64,000 nt of DNA, from assembly GCA_963793265.1 (NCBI GenBank), contig CAWBZI010000006.1, forward strand, positions 64,001 to 128,000. The letters are read 5' to 3'. Positions 23,518-33,586 of the stretch are shown here, one piece after another. Source of the DNA: an uncultured cyanobacterium (GTDB taxonomy: Bacteria > Cyanobacteriota > Cyanobacteriia > Phormidesmidales > Phormidesmidaceae). The notes below the pieces were generated by a model that saw nothing but the letters and a program-made list of their open reading frames with translations, had not been told where the DNA came from and made no database searches. How positions within the stretch are numbered: position 1 is the stretch's first letter; each line of letters opens with the position of its first letter. The position numbers were made by a program, and so were the translations under genes.

Positions 23518-25989
23518 TTATTTCTTCGCGCCAGCCAAGGCAGGTTCGCGCTCAGGAGCTACTGCAATTTCACCATCTTTATCAATGTCGAAGACAACAG
23601 TATCGTCATCTTTTAGATTACCTGCCAGAATTGCTTCGGCTAGATGATCTTCAACGAGACGGGCGATCGCACGACGCATCGGCCTCGCACCATACCGCTG
23701 ATCGTAACCTTCCTCAACCAGACGCTCTTTGAAAGCATCTGTGAGCTTGAAAGACAGATTGCGTTCGACCAGGCGATCGCTCACCTGCTTCAGCAATATC
23801 TCAGCAATCTCAGTAACTTCAACCTTCGTGAGCTGACGGAAGACAATGATCTCATCAATCCGGTTAATCATCTCAGGACGGAAGAACTGCTTCATTTCTT
23901 CGTTCACGAGATTGCGGATGTTGTTGTAACGGCTCGTCATACCATCGTCACCCGATAGCTCGAAGCCAAGACCACCGCCACCCTTTTCAATCACCTTAGA
24001 ACCAATATTCGAGGTCATGATGATCAACGTATTTTTGAAGCTGACTTCGCGACCTTTAGAGTCAGAAAGGCGACCATCGTCTAGCACTTGCAGCAAGATA
24101 TTGAAGACATCAGGGTGAGCCTTTTCAATCTCGTCCATGAGGATGACGCTGTAAGGCTTGCGGCGTACTGCTTCTGTAAGCTGACCGCCTTCGTCATAGC
24201 CAACGAATCCCGGAGGGGAACCGATGAGCTTAGAAACCGTATGCGATTCCATGAACTCAGACATGTCTAGGCGAATCATGGCCTCTTCAGAGCCAAAGAC
24301 TGAACTTGCCAATGCCTTAGCTAGCTCGGTTTTACCAACGCCTGTAGGGCCAGAGAATACCAAACTCGCAATAGGTCGATCCATACCTCGCAAACCGACA
24401 CGAGCCCGACGGATGGCCTTAGATACTGCGACAACCGCTTCATCTTGACCAACGACTCGCTCATGCAGAGTATCTTCAAGGTGCATCATCATTACCGACT
24501 CAGTTTCGGTAATGGCATTAACTGGAACGCCTGTCCAAGAAGAAACGATGTCAGCGATATCTTCGTCACTCACTTTGGGAATACCCGTAATAATGGTATC
24601 GCCCTCTAGAGTGTCCTGGATTTGCTGAGTCAGTGATGACTCCGTTTCACGCAAAGTCGCTGCTTGGTCAAAGTCTTGATGCTGAACAGCTTCAATGATG
24701 TCCTTTTGCACCTGGCGCAGCTCACTGCGCATATCGCTAGCTGGAATCGTTTGTGAGTAGCGGAGGCGGACTCTAGAGCCAGCTTCATCAATAAGGTCAA
24801 TTGCCTTATCGGGAAGATGACGGTCGGTGATGTAGCGATCGCTCAAGGTCGCTGCCGCTTCAACAGCCTCATCCGTAATACTCAAGCGGTGGAACTGCTC
24901 ATACCGACTACGCAGACCGTAGAGAATTTCTACCGTGTCTTCTACAGATGGCGGTGCAATAGTCACCGGTTGGAAGCGTCGCTCTAGAGCTGCATCCTTC
25001 TCAATGTACTTACGGTACTCATCAAGTGTCGTCGCACCGATGCACTGCATTTCGCCTCTAGCCAAAGCAGGCTTGAGCAAGTTTGCTGCGTCCATGCCGC
25101 CCTCAAGCGAGCCAGCACCGACAAGGGTATGAATCTCATCAATTACCAAGATGACATCATCAGACTTACGAACTTCTTCGATAACTTGAGTAATGCGTTC
25201 CTCGAAATCACCACGGAAGCGAGTGCCTGAAACGAGCAGACCCATATCCAGACTGATAATGCGACGGTCTATTAGCGCTTCGGGGACATCTTGATTAACG
25301 ATGCGTTGGGCTAGGCCCTCAGCGATCGCTGTTTTACCCACACCTGGCTCACCAACGAGCACAGGATTATTTTTCGTACGACGACCTAATATCTGTACGA
25401 CGCGCTCAATTTCTTTGTGGCGACCAATCACAGGGTCTAACTTACCTTCAGCAGCCACCGCAGTGAGATCAGTACCGTACTCTGTAAGCACACTACTGTC
25501 AGATTTGCGATCAGATTTACTGCTACCACCTGCACGTCCTGAGGCAACCGGCGTGCTTTCGCCAATGACGCGAACCAACTGCACACGTATTTTGTCAGGA
25601 TCGACGCCTAGATTAGCAATGACTCGATAGGCAACGCTCTCAGAGTTTTGAGTCAGGCTAAGCAGCAGGTGCTCAGGCTCAATGTAAGGATGGTCGAGCT
25701 TGCGGGCTTCTTGAAATGCCTGCTCGAATACCTGCTTAACTTTAGGCGTGAAGGGAATCTCTACCGGGCCGTTACCAGAGCCTCGGCCAATGATAGATTC
25801 TACTTCGGTGCGAGCATTGGCTAAGTTGATGCCAAATTCATCTAGCACCTTAGCGGCAATGCTGGTATTTTCTTTGATGATGCCGAGGAGCAACTGCTCG
25901 CTACCGACAAAGTTATGACCCAGGCGACGGGCCTCCTCTTGCGCCTGCATGATGACCGCGATCGCTGTGTTTGTAAAATGCTCAAACAT
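23518..25989 (-). CDS. clpC: ATP-dependent Clp protease ATP-binding subunit, ClpC-type paralogue
   Basis: Clp-N repeats, two AAA modules ([16 protein letters not shown]), UVR-like linker and LGF ClpP-docking loop; ATG at 25989. Confidence 0.85.
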   Translation of the reverse strand: MFEHFTNTAIAVIMQAQEEARRLGHNFVGSEQLLLGIIKENTSIAAKVLDEFGINLANARTEVESIIGRGSGNGPVEIPFTPKVKQVFEQAFQEARKLDHPYIEPEHLLLSLTQNSESVAYRVIANLGVDPDKIRVQLVRVIGESTPVASGRAGGSSKSDRKSDSSVLTEYGTDLTAVAAEGKLDPVIGRHKEIERVVQILGRRTKNNPVLVGEPGVGKTAIAEGLAQRIVNQDVPEALIDRRIISLDMGLLVSGTRFRGDFEERITQVIEEVRKSDDVILVIDEIHTLVGAGSLEGGMDAANLLKPALARGEMQCIGATTLDEYRKYIEKDAALERRFQPVTIAPPSVEDTVEILYGLRSRYEQFHRLSITDEAVEAAATLSDRYITDRHLPDKAIDLIDEAGSRVRLRYSQTIPASDMRSELRQVQKDIIEAVQHQDFDQAATLRETESSLTQQIQDTLEGDTIITGIPKVSDEDIADIVSSWTGVPVNAITETESVMMMHLEDTLHERVVGQDEAVVAVSKAIRRARVGLRGMDRPIASLVFSGPTGVGKTELAKALASSVFGSEEAMIRLDMSEFMESHTVSKLIGSPPGFVGYDEGGQLTEAVRRKPYSVILMDEIEKAHPDVFNILLQVLDDGRLSDSKGREVSFKNTLIIMTSNIGSKVIEKGGGGLGFELSGDDGMTSRYNNIRNLVNEEMKQFFRPEMINRIDEIIVFRQLTKVEVTEIAEILLKQVSDRLVERNLSFKLTDAFKERLVEEGYDQRYGARPMRRAIARLVEDHLAEAILAGNLKDDDTVVFDIDKDGEIAVAPEREPALAGAKK

Positions 25990-26353
25990 TATGTGAAGAG
26001 ACCTCAACCAGGTTTAGTGCCTTAACGCGCTGTTTGGTTGCGTATACTACCTGCGCACACTATCCGCGCTGGCGTTCGTTAAGTTATTTATCTACTTATG
26101 TCAATATACTTGCATCTCGGGTGTTGTGGCACTACAGAGAGCCGTAATTGATGGAGTGTTTTCCGTATAACTCCTTTTAGTGTGCCGCTGCTAACGCCAA
26201 AACTGCGCTATTTGACACACTGCTTACAAAAGGATAGACAGAACTTTCCTTAGTAACCAAATATATAAAACTTAATTGTTACTGTACATCCGCCAAACTA
26301 CCTCACATGAGGATTGAAACGATACGTCCTCAGATAGAGAAGTCATTGGATGA

Positions 26354-26400
26354 GCAAAAGGACGGCCAGCAACCTTAGAAGCTGCTGTCCGTCCTTTTGC
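26354..26400. terminator. hairpin downstream of the 166-aa gene
   Basis: 12-bp inverted repeat GCAAAAGGACGG / CCGTCCTTTTGC. Confidence 0.6.
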
Positions 26401-26426
26401 TATTTATCAAACCGAAGAAGCAATCG

Positions 26427-26927
26427 TTATTGAGCAAGATCGGCCTGGCAAGTCGCTAGAATTTCATGATCTTGCGCACTGAGGTCTGAGATTCGGTGGA
26501 AGCCTTCGAGCGTGTAAGCGCCTGCCCCTCCACCTGCTACTAAAGAATCACTTATGGTCATCGCTACCGCGTAGGGATAAGCAGTTTGCTCGTAGCTATC
26601 AATTACGTTTGCAGCTAAGCGGTCAGGGAAAACCTCTGCGGTGAAGCAGTCGAACGAAGAGTGTGGCTGGTAAAACGCACCGATAGCTTGATCGCCTTCG
26701 ACAGAAAGAACAGCATAGGCAGAACCTACTTCATTTGGGTTGGGGCTTTGGCCAAACAGGTAAGTGCCATCTTCTAAAACAGTTCGAGCCTCGCTTTTTG
26801 AAAGCCCTTCATTGAAAGATTCTTGAGCCGAGCTTATTCCAGGAAAGGCAATACCGATAGCTGCCAGCGCTATAAAAGAAGCTGTGGTTAGCTGAACTCG
26901 AATGGATGCACGCTTTGAAAAGATCAT
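26427..26927 (-). CDS. secreted hypothetical protein
   Basis: Signal-peptide-like N-terminus; DGTYLFGQSP..GAFYQPHSSFDCF segment and a C-terminal Cys. Confidence 0.65.
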   Translation of the reverse strand: MIFSKRASIRVQLTTASFIALAAIGIAFPGISSAQESFNEGLSKSEARTVLEDGTYLFGQSPNPNEVGSAYAVLSVEGDQAIGAFYQPHSSFDCFTAEVFPDRLAANVIDSYEQTAYPYAVAMTISDSLVAGGGAGAYTLEGFHRISDLSAQDHEILATCQADLAQ

Positions 26928-27303
26928 GGGTTTGGCTCGCTGTTTAGCTGTTGATTAGAGAGGTAAGAGGACTGGGACTATGCGTAAGGAAAGGTTAGAG
27001 ATTGACTCGAATCTGGTTAGGCAATGAGGTCGATACGAAGGAGTAATACTTAATAAAGACCAATAACTGCAAATATTTTCGATGATTCGGGGTCGGTATT
27101 AGTAGCTAACAGTTTGATAAGCCAATCTTTCGGTGAAAAAGCAGGGATACGTAAGTATGTGCATATTTATTTTGTATCGCGCTTCTTGATGCGTTGTCTC
27201 ATAAACATAACGATCCTTCATTGATGGACACATCTGTTAGTAGTAGTGATTTGCGCAAGCTGAAAGAAATAGATTTGAAACAGAGGATGGAGACATTGGT
27301 GCG

Positions 27304-29034
27304 ATGAAGAACCAGCAGGCGTTACAGCAGAAATTGATTAGCCTCGAAGGGCGTAGTTATCGGGAATACAAAGGTGTTAAGGGTGATTACGAATTTTCTA
27401 GTTTTGAACTAACAGTTGATTATGTTCAGGGCGATCCTTTTGCTGCGCCTAGTCGAATCCGAGTCAGGTTGAGTCAGAAGGTTGCTGGTTTTCCGCCTGA
27501 GTGGATGAATGATTATGGTTCGCAGGTGGCGATCGCTGATTACGTAAATAGACAAGTCGCTCAAGTGGCCCAGCAGTTAGTAAAAAAAAGGGGTTCTGGG
27601 AAAAGCGGCAATATTGATATATCACCCCCCAGTCAAGCTATTCTGCGGCGTACAGCTATTTGGATGGATGAGGGCGGTGTAGAGGCCAGGCTGACAGTTG
27701 GGCTACCGGCTGTGGGCAGGCGAATTGCAGGAAAAGCAGCAGCGGATTTGCTGTGTGGCGATATTCCTCAACTGGTAGCTCGTGCGCTGAAGTATGCGGC
27801 ACTAGATTCAGCGGCGCTGACAGATCACGTACAGACTTTTCAAGATTCAGAAGCGCTTAGAAGTCAACTTGAGCCAAACGGGTTAATTGCCTTTGTAGCC
27901 GCTGACGCTTATCTGCCTCGCCGCAGTGGTATCGACGAGCGCCCATTAATAGAAGAGGCTGAGCCCTTCATTCCACCTGCTGATGGCAGCATTGGGCTAT
28001 CAACCCCTCATAGCGGTTTGGTGAGAGGGCTTGGCATTCGTGAAGGGGTGACGCTAATTGTGGGTGGTGGCTATCACGGAAAATCGACGCTGCTGAAGGC
28101 GATCGCACAAGGAATTTACAACCACGTGCCAGGCGACGGACGACAGCAGGTAGTCACCCATTCAGGCGCAGTAAAACTACGAGCTGAAGACGGACGTAGC
28201 GTAGTCGGTGTAGATATTTCTCCGTCAATTAACCATCTACCAAAAGGCCGTTCGTCTAAAAACTTTTCGACTACCAACGCCAGCGGCAGCACGTCTCAGG
28301 CGGCGAGCTTGATGGAAGCGATAGAAGCAGGCGCAAGGGTCATTTTGATTGATGAAGACACGGCGGCGACGAATTTTATGATTCGCGATCGCAACATGCA
28401 GGCACTCATCACCAAAGACAAAGAGCCCATCACACCGTTCATAGATAAAGTTCGTCAGCTATACGACGACTATGGAATTTCAACCATTTTGGTCATGGGC
28501 GGCAGCGGCGATTATTTTTCGGTTGCCGATACGGTAATTGCGATAGAAGACTATCAGCCTCGAATCGTAACGGAAGAGGCTAAGGTGATCGCGCAGGCAA
28601 ACGATAGTCCCAGAAAGTCTGAAGGCTCCTCACACTTTGGGAAAGTTGCGCAGAGGGCAGTTTTGAGAGATAGCTTGCCGGTTGAAAAGGATGGGCGACA
28701 GCTCAAAATTAGAGCACGCTTGGATTCGCTAAGGATGGGGTATGAAGAGATAGATTTGCGAGCCCTTGAGCAGATTGTAGAGGTTACTCAAGTGAAAGCG
28801 ATCGCCCAAGCCATCCTTTACGCTCAGCAGTACTACTTTGACGGGCAGCGATCTTTAAGCCAGATAATCGACTGCGTGATGGAAGATATCAAGCACGGCG
28901 AACTAGACGCCTTAGCCCTTGGAATTAATCCTGATAGACCGCAAATTTTGGGCGATCTTGCTGAATTTCGCCGCTTTGAGCTAGGCGCAGCAATAAACCG
29001 GCTTAGAACATTGAAAACTAAGCCGATTTCGTAG
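27304..29034 (+). CDS. predicted ABC-class ATPase domain protein (COG3044-like)
   Basis: VQGDPFAAPS, Walker A GGGYHGKST, NASGSTSQAA, Walker B LIDEDTAATNFMIRD. Confidence 0.85.
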   Translation: MKNQQALQQKLISLEGRSYREYKGVKGDYEFSSFELTVDYVQGDPFAAPSRIRVRLSQKVAGFPPEWMNDYGSQVAIADYVNRQVAQVAQQLVKKRGSGKSGNIDISPPSQAILRRTAIWMDEGGVEARLTVGLPAVGRRIAGKAAADLLCGDIPQLVARALKYAALDSAALTDHVQTFQDSEALRSQLEPNGLIAFVAADAYLPRRSGIDERPLIEEAEPFIPPADGSIGLSTPHSGLVRGLGIREGVTLIVGGGYHGKSTLLKAIAQGIYNHVPGDGRQQVVTHSGAVKLRAEDGRSVVGVDISPSINHLPKGRSSKNFSTTNASGSTSQAASLMEAIEAGARVILIDEDTAATNFMIRDRNMQALITKDKEPITPFIDKVRQLYDDYGISTILVMGGSGDYFSVADTVIAIEDYQPRIVTEEAKVIAQANDSPRKSEGSSHFGKVAQRAVLRDSLPVEKDGRQLKIRARLDSLRMGYEEIDLRALEQIVEVTQVKAIAQAILYAQQYYFDGQRSLSQIIDCVMEDIKHGELDALALGINPDRPQILGDLAEFRRFELGAAINRLRTLKTKPIS

Positions 29035-29142
29035 CATCTGCTAATAAAACGCCGCAATCAAATTAAGAACTTATTAAACTGGTATCCATTTTGTAGCGTC
29101 ATCGATACAGTGTAGGCAAGATACCTCCTAACTGCGTCTCTG

Positions 29143-29187
29143 GCTCCACCTTTGTTCCTTATGGTTGAAATAGGTGGAGCTTTTTTT
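29143..29187 (+). terminator. rho-independent terminator
   Basis: GCTCCACCT...AGGTGGAGC stem followed by T7. Confidence 0.8.
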
Positions 29188-29190
29188 GCC

Positions 29191-30180
29191 TTAGAATGCG
29201 CCTTCAGCCGCATCTCGCTGAGCCTTGCACTGCTCAGCCGTAGAAATACCTTCTGCTACGCACCCTTCCCAAGTAATTTGCTTTACCAAAGAGGTTGGAA
29301 GCTGGCTGGAATAATCTAGCGCCTTGTCAAACAAAGCGGCGCTATCAGCTTGAGCGCCTTGCTTAGCGAGGAGTTGAGCCTTTAGGTATAGCAGTTCAGG
29401 ATTTGTTGGGGCAGCAGCGATCGCCTGATCTACAGCTACAATTGCCTGGTCAATATTCTCTAAATCACGATAGCCAATTGCTATGCCTCGCTGAGTTAGA
29501 TACGTTGGGCTCCCGTATTGGTTCATACGGTTAATAGATTCTTGTGGATTAGAGAACGGCAGGTTCACCGCTAGCATCAAATCCATATAGCCTTTCACCA
29601 AGTTCAGCTCAGGGTCAGTCGGGTCGATACTCTCAGCTTCGTCTAGCTCGTTAAACACCTGCTGCAACATGCCGAGCGCTGTCGGTGTTCCTCTTGCAAC
29701 GCCCTGCGTTTTCATTACATGAGCACCTTCTAAAAACACACCGACAGCTGAGTACAAATGGCCTCGTAGTGGATCGGCAGCTTTTAGGGCTTCAGCAGTG
29801 GTTTGAGTGGCGATCGCACTATCATAAACCCCAGCAAAGTCATTATCGAGATAAGCCATAGACGCCTTCATAGCGTGAATCAAAGGCTCATCAGATTCAG
29901 TCGCCTCGGCCTGGTCTATATAGTCACGAGCGCTTGTATAATCGCCGTCTTTAAAGATGGCCTTAAAAGCACTTTCGGTCAATGGCCCGATATCATGAGA
30001 AGCCGTTGGAGTGTTTGCTCTAAATGGATCGGCGGCAAAGGTGGGCAGCGCCGTACCGATACTGAGGCTTAAAGCCATTAGGCCGCTCCCCAGTCGGATG
30101 GCAAGCTTTCGCCTACGTGAAGTAAAAATACGGTTTGGGCGTTGAAGTGACGACATCGTGTGAGGAGGTTGAAAGGTCAT
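29191..30180 (-). CDS. Sll0314/Alr1548-like TPR-repeat periplasmic protein
   Basis: Signal peptide followed by ADPFR; DPLRGHLYSAVG, DPELNLVKGYMDLMLAVNLPF and TPR helices; start uncertain. Confidence 0.75.
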   Translation of the reverse strand: MTFQPPHTMSSLQRPNRIFTSRRRKLAIRLGSGLMALSLSIGTALPTFAADPFRANTPTASHDIGPLTESAFKAIFKDGDYTSARDYIDQAEATESDEPLIHAMKASMAYLDNDFAGVYDSAIATQTTAEALKAADPLRGHLYSAVGVFLEGAHVMKTQGVARGTPTALGMLQQVFNELDEAESIDPTDPELNLVKGYMDLMLAVNLPFSNPQESINRMNQYGSPTYLTQRGIAIGYRDLENIDQAIVAVDQAIAAAPTNPELLYLKAQLLAKQGAQADSAALFDKALDYSSQLPTSLVKQITWEGCVAEGISTAEQCKAQRDAAEGAF

Positions 30181-30441
30181 CGCAAGGAGGATTAAACGAT
30201 ACAGAAACGGAGTGTGCCCATCAAGTTTGATAGATGTATGCCGCATCGGATAAAAGCAGCACGTAACTGGGTAGACCATCTCCGGCTAAAGTATAACTAG
30301 CTACTTTTTGAACATCGTTCTAGCTGTGGAGATCTGGTGAGTGGCATAGCCCTAGCGCACAATAAAGACCCTTTGCAGCAAGAAATGTCAGTATCTATAC
30401 ATGATTCACCGCTTTGAATAAAGATTCCGGGGATTTAAATA

Positions 30442-31830
30442 ATGAGCATTATTTTGGCAGGCGATCGCAGCGGCACTGGCAAAACGACGCTCACCTTGGC
30501 CTTACTCGCAGCACTTAAAAAACGCAATCACAGCGTTCAATCATTCAAAGTAGGCCCGGACTACATCGATCCGATGTTCCATGCGGCAATAACGGATCGC
30601 CCATGCTACAACCTCGATCCGGTACTGACCAATGAAGCCTATGTACAGCGGAGCTATCAGAGCCATTGCGCAGGTGCAAGCTATGCGGTGATAGAAGGCG
30701 TGATGGGCCTTTTTGATGGGGCGACGGGCGTTGATGATATGGCGAGTACAGCGCATATTGCTCGACTGCTTGGACTGCCGGTTTTGCTGGTGGTAGATGC
30801 GCAGCGGATGTCGCGATCGCTAGCTGCTTTGGTGAAGGGCTACCGTGAGTTTGATTCGCGCGTGAACGTAGTCGGGGTGGTTTTGAACCGGGTGGGGAGC
30901 GATCGCCATCTTCAACTTCTCAGTGACGCCCTTGCTGCCATCGATATGCCAATCTTCGGTGTTTTTAGACGCGAGAAAGACATCCAGTTACCAGATCGTC
31001 ACCTTGGCTTAGTGCCTACCGCAGAGATCGGTGGGTTTCATGAGATCGCTGAGAAGCTCGCGGTATTAGGAGAGCGCTGCTTTGATTGGGAAAAGCTAGA
31101 AAAGCTAGCGCTCAATACCACTCAAGGCGATCATCAAGTAGATAAGTCTTCTCAAAATCAGCGCGATCACAAGAAAGTGAGGATCGCGGTCGCCAAAGAT
31201 TTAGCCTTCAGTTTTTATTACGCTGACAATCTTGAAGCCCTCGTCGAACAGGGAGCTGAGCTAGTTGATTGGAGCCCGCTTGAAGACGAAAAACTGCCTG
31301 ATGTTGAAGGGCTCTACTTTGGCGGCGGTTTTCCCGAAGTTTTTGCTGGGCAGCTTGCGGCAAACAAACAGATGAGAGGGTGTGTTCGTAGTGCGATCAC
31401 CAAAGGAATGCCAACCTATGCAGAGTGCGGCGGACTGATGTATTTGAGCGATACGCTGATAGATTTTGATGGACGCCCCTGGCCTATGGTGGGCGCGATT
31501 TCACAGACGGTCAAGATGGGAGGACGGCTTGCTTTAGGCTATCGAAAAGCTTTGGCAGTGCAGGACGGGCTGCTGCTTGCAAAAGGAAAAACTGTTGTCG
31601 GCCATGAGTTTCATAGATCTGCTGTGGTAGAAACTTTGGGCAAACCTATTTACGAAACTCAGCGGTATTGGGGAGAGGCACAAGCCGCGAAGGCTGAAGG
31701 GTATTGCGTGGGGAATCTGCACGCTTCTTATGTGCATTTGGGGTGGGGCGATCGCCCCGACATCTCCCAGCGCTTCATTCAAAACTGTGCACGGTTCAAA
31801 GAAGCCGCTAGCTCACGACCTCCTTTATAG
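30442..31830 (+). CDS. cobB: cobyrinate a,c-diamide synthase
   Basis: SGTGKTT, FKVGPDYIDP, EGVMGLFDG, YAECGGLMYL and GHEFH motifs. Confidence 0.93.
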   Translation: MSIILAGDRSGTGKTTLTLALLAALKKRNHSVQSFKVGPDYIDPMFHAAITDRPCYNLDPVLTNEAYVQRSYQSHCAGASYAVIEGVMGLFDGATGVDDMASTAHIARLLGLPVLLVVDAQRMSRSLAALVKGYREFDSRVNVVGVVLNRVGSDRHLQLLSDALAAIDMPIFGVFRREKDIQLPDRHLGLVPTAEIGGFHEIAEKLAVLGERCFDWEKLEKLALNTTQGDHQVDKSSQNQRDHKKVRIAVAKDLAFSFYYADNLEALVEQGAELVDWSPLEDEKLPDVEGLYFGGGFPEVFAGQLAANKQMRGCVRSAITKGMPTYAECGGLMYLSDTLIDFDGRPWPMVGAISQTVKMGGRLALGYRKALAVQDGLLLAKGKTVVGHEFHRSAVVETLGKPIYETQRYWGEAQAAKAEGYCVGNLHASYVHLGWGDRPDISQRFIQNCARFKEAASSRPPL

Positions 31831-32728
31831 CGTCCTTAGCTTCGTCATACTTATACGAAAACCCAGACGCTTGCGTTCGCTCTGGCAGCACCTTTTGCCC
31901 TTTGAGCACCACAACAGCCCCGTCACCCAGCAAAGCCTCAATTGCAAAATCAGGTACAGGTAGCCAAGAAGGCCGATCAATCACTTCGCCCAAAGTTTGG
32001 CAAAAGTCCTTCATACGCAAAGGATTTGGAGCGGTACCGTTGTAAACACCCTGCATAGATGGATCAAGTAGCGCCTTCATGTAAAGGCTCACTAAATCAT
32101 CAATGTGAATCCAGGAAAACCATTGACGACCGCTGCCGATAGGGCCACCTGCGTAGAGTTTGAACGGGGGCAGCATTTTAGCGATCGCCCCTCCATTTCC
32201 CAACACAATCCCCGTCCGAATAATCACCACCCGCACCCCAAAATCCTTCGCCTTCCTAGCCGCAGCCTCCCACCCCTGACACACCTTTGAGAGAAAATCA
32301 TTCTCCGCCGGTTCACTCGTCTCAAAAAACTCCGCCGTCTCACTCGTGCCATAAAATCCAATTGCTGAGCTACTCACCAGCACCGAAGGCTTCTGCTCCG
32401 CATTCTTAATCGCCTCCACCAGCTTTTGCGTTCCGACCTGACGGCTATCAATAATCCGCCGTTTTCGCTCCGCCGACCATCGCTCAGAAATTGGCTCACC
32501 CGCTAGGTTAGCCACACCATCACAGCCCGATATCTCATCTTGCCAATCGCCCGATTCTGTCGGCTTATACGCCACATACTCAAGCGACTTAAACTTAGGT
32601 GCCGCAAAAACCTTCCGTGCCTTCTCCACGCTGCGCGTTAGCACTTTCACTTCATGGCTTTCGTCTATTAACCGAGCCACCAATTTAGACCCGACAAATC
32701 CTGTTGCACCCGTAACGGCAATTTTCAT
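31808..32728 (-). CDS. TIGR01777 family NAD-dependent epimerase-like protein (ThyD-like)
   Basis: MKIAVTGATGFVG, NLAGEPI, GSGRQWFSWIHIDD. Confidence 0.85.
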   Translation of the reverse strand: MKIAVTGATGFVGSKLVARLIDESHEVKVLTRSVEKARKVFAAPKFKSLEYVAYKPTESGDWQDEISGCDGVANLAGEPISERWSAERKRRIIDSRQVGTQKLVEAIKNAEQKPSVLVSSSAIGFYGTSETAEFFETSEPAENDFLSKVCQGWEAAARKAKDFGVRVVIIRTGIVLGNGGAIAKMLPPFKLYAGGPIGSGRQWFSWIHIDDLVSLYMKALLDPSMQGVYNGTAPNPLRMKDFCQTLGEVIDRPSWLPVPDFAIEALLGDGAVVVLKGQKVLPERTQASGFSYKYDEAKDAIKEVVS

Positions 32729-32849
32729 AGCTGGGCAATATTCCTGTTTTATCAACTGCCTTTAATAGTAGCGAGCTGAGGAACGGCAGGGTACAGAACA
32801 TAAGATAGAGTTGATAAACTAATAGCTAAGCGACTTGGAGATGGCAGTT

Positions 32850-33134
32850 ATGGACGGAGTAAAAACTTCTGTAGAGCAAAAGCGTAAACAGCTCATAGAA
32901 GACATCCAGACATTACCAGTTGACCGTTTGCAAGAAGCAGCCGACATCATCTCTCAGTTACAGAAAGAAGTAGTAGCAGAAATTGAGCAACCTCCAGTTC
33001 AGCCTTCGTTGTCTCCCTACGAAGCGTTTAAAAAATCTGGGTTCATCGGTTGTGGCGAGGGGCCATCTGACCTTGCGGCTAATCATAAACAGTACTTAGA
33101 AGAGGGCTGGAAAGATAAGTATGGTTATCGCTGA
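32850..33134 (+). CDS. putative antitoxin (DUF2281-like)
   Basis: Small protein overlapping the start of a PIN gene; LIEDIQTLP..LQEAAD N-terminus and GFIGCGEGPSDLA tail. Confidence 0.6.
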   Translation: MDGVKTSVEQKRKQLIEDIQTLPVDRLQEAADIISQLQKEVVAEIEQPPVQPSLSPYEAFKKSGFIGCGEGPSDLAANHKQYLEEGWKDKYGYR

Positions 33135-33540
33135 TACAGGCTTTTGGGTTGCAATTGCAAATCCGAGTGACGATGATCATGATGCAGCCGTTCAGGCTAT
33201 GAAAAAGCTGACAGAGCCTCTAATCACGACTTGGCCAGTGATTACGGAAACGTGCTACTTACTCCTAACTAAGATAGGTAACCATGCGCAGGTTGGATTT
33301 ATCGATAGATTGGTAGCAAAAGACTTTCAGACGTTCAAAATTAGAGTAGAACACGCGCCACGAATCTCTGAGCTGATGAAAAAGTATGCTGACTTGCCGA
33401 TGGATCTAGCGGATGCGTCACTGATTGTATTAGCTGAGCACTTGGGTGATGGTCGAATCCTATCGGTTGACCGACGTGATTTTAATACCTATCGCTGGAA
33501 AAATCGCGAACCCTTTGAAAATTTGATGTTTCCTGAGTGA
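33121..33540 (+). CDS. PIN-domain (VapC-like) toxin
   Basis: IADTGFW, VITETCYLL, MDLADASL and ILSVDRRDF acidic PIN motifs. Confidence 0.85.
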   Translation: MVIADTGFWVAIANPSDDDHDAAVQAMKKLTEPLITTWPVITETCYLLLTKIGNHAQVGFIDRLVAKDFQTFKIRVEHAPRISELMKKYADLPMDLADASLIVLAEHLGDGRILSVDRRDFNTYRWKNREPFENLMFPE

Positions 33541-33586
33541 GGCTGGATACTATCGTCTTTCGTTAAAGGTAATAGCAATGCGCTTT

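Noticed and set aside
30280..30441. Cobalamin riboswitch upstream of cobB
   Set aside because: No recognisable B12-box or conserved core, and the short spacer is shared with a divergent gene.
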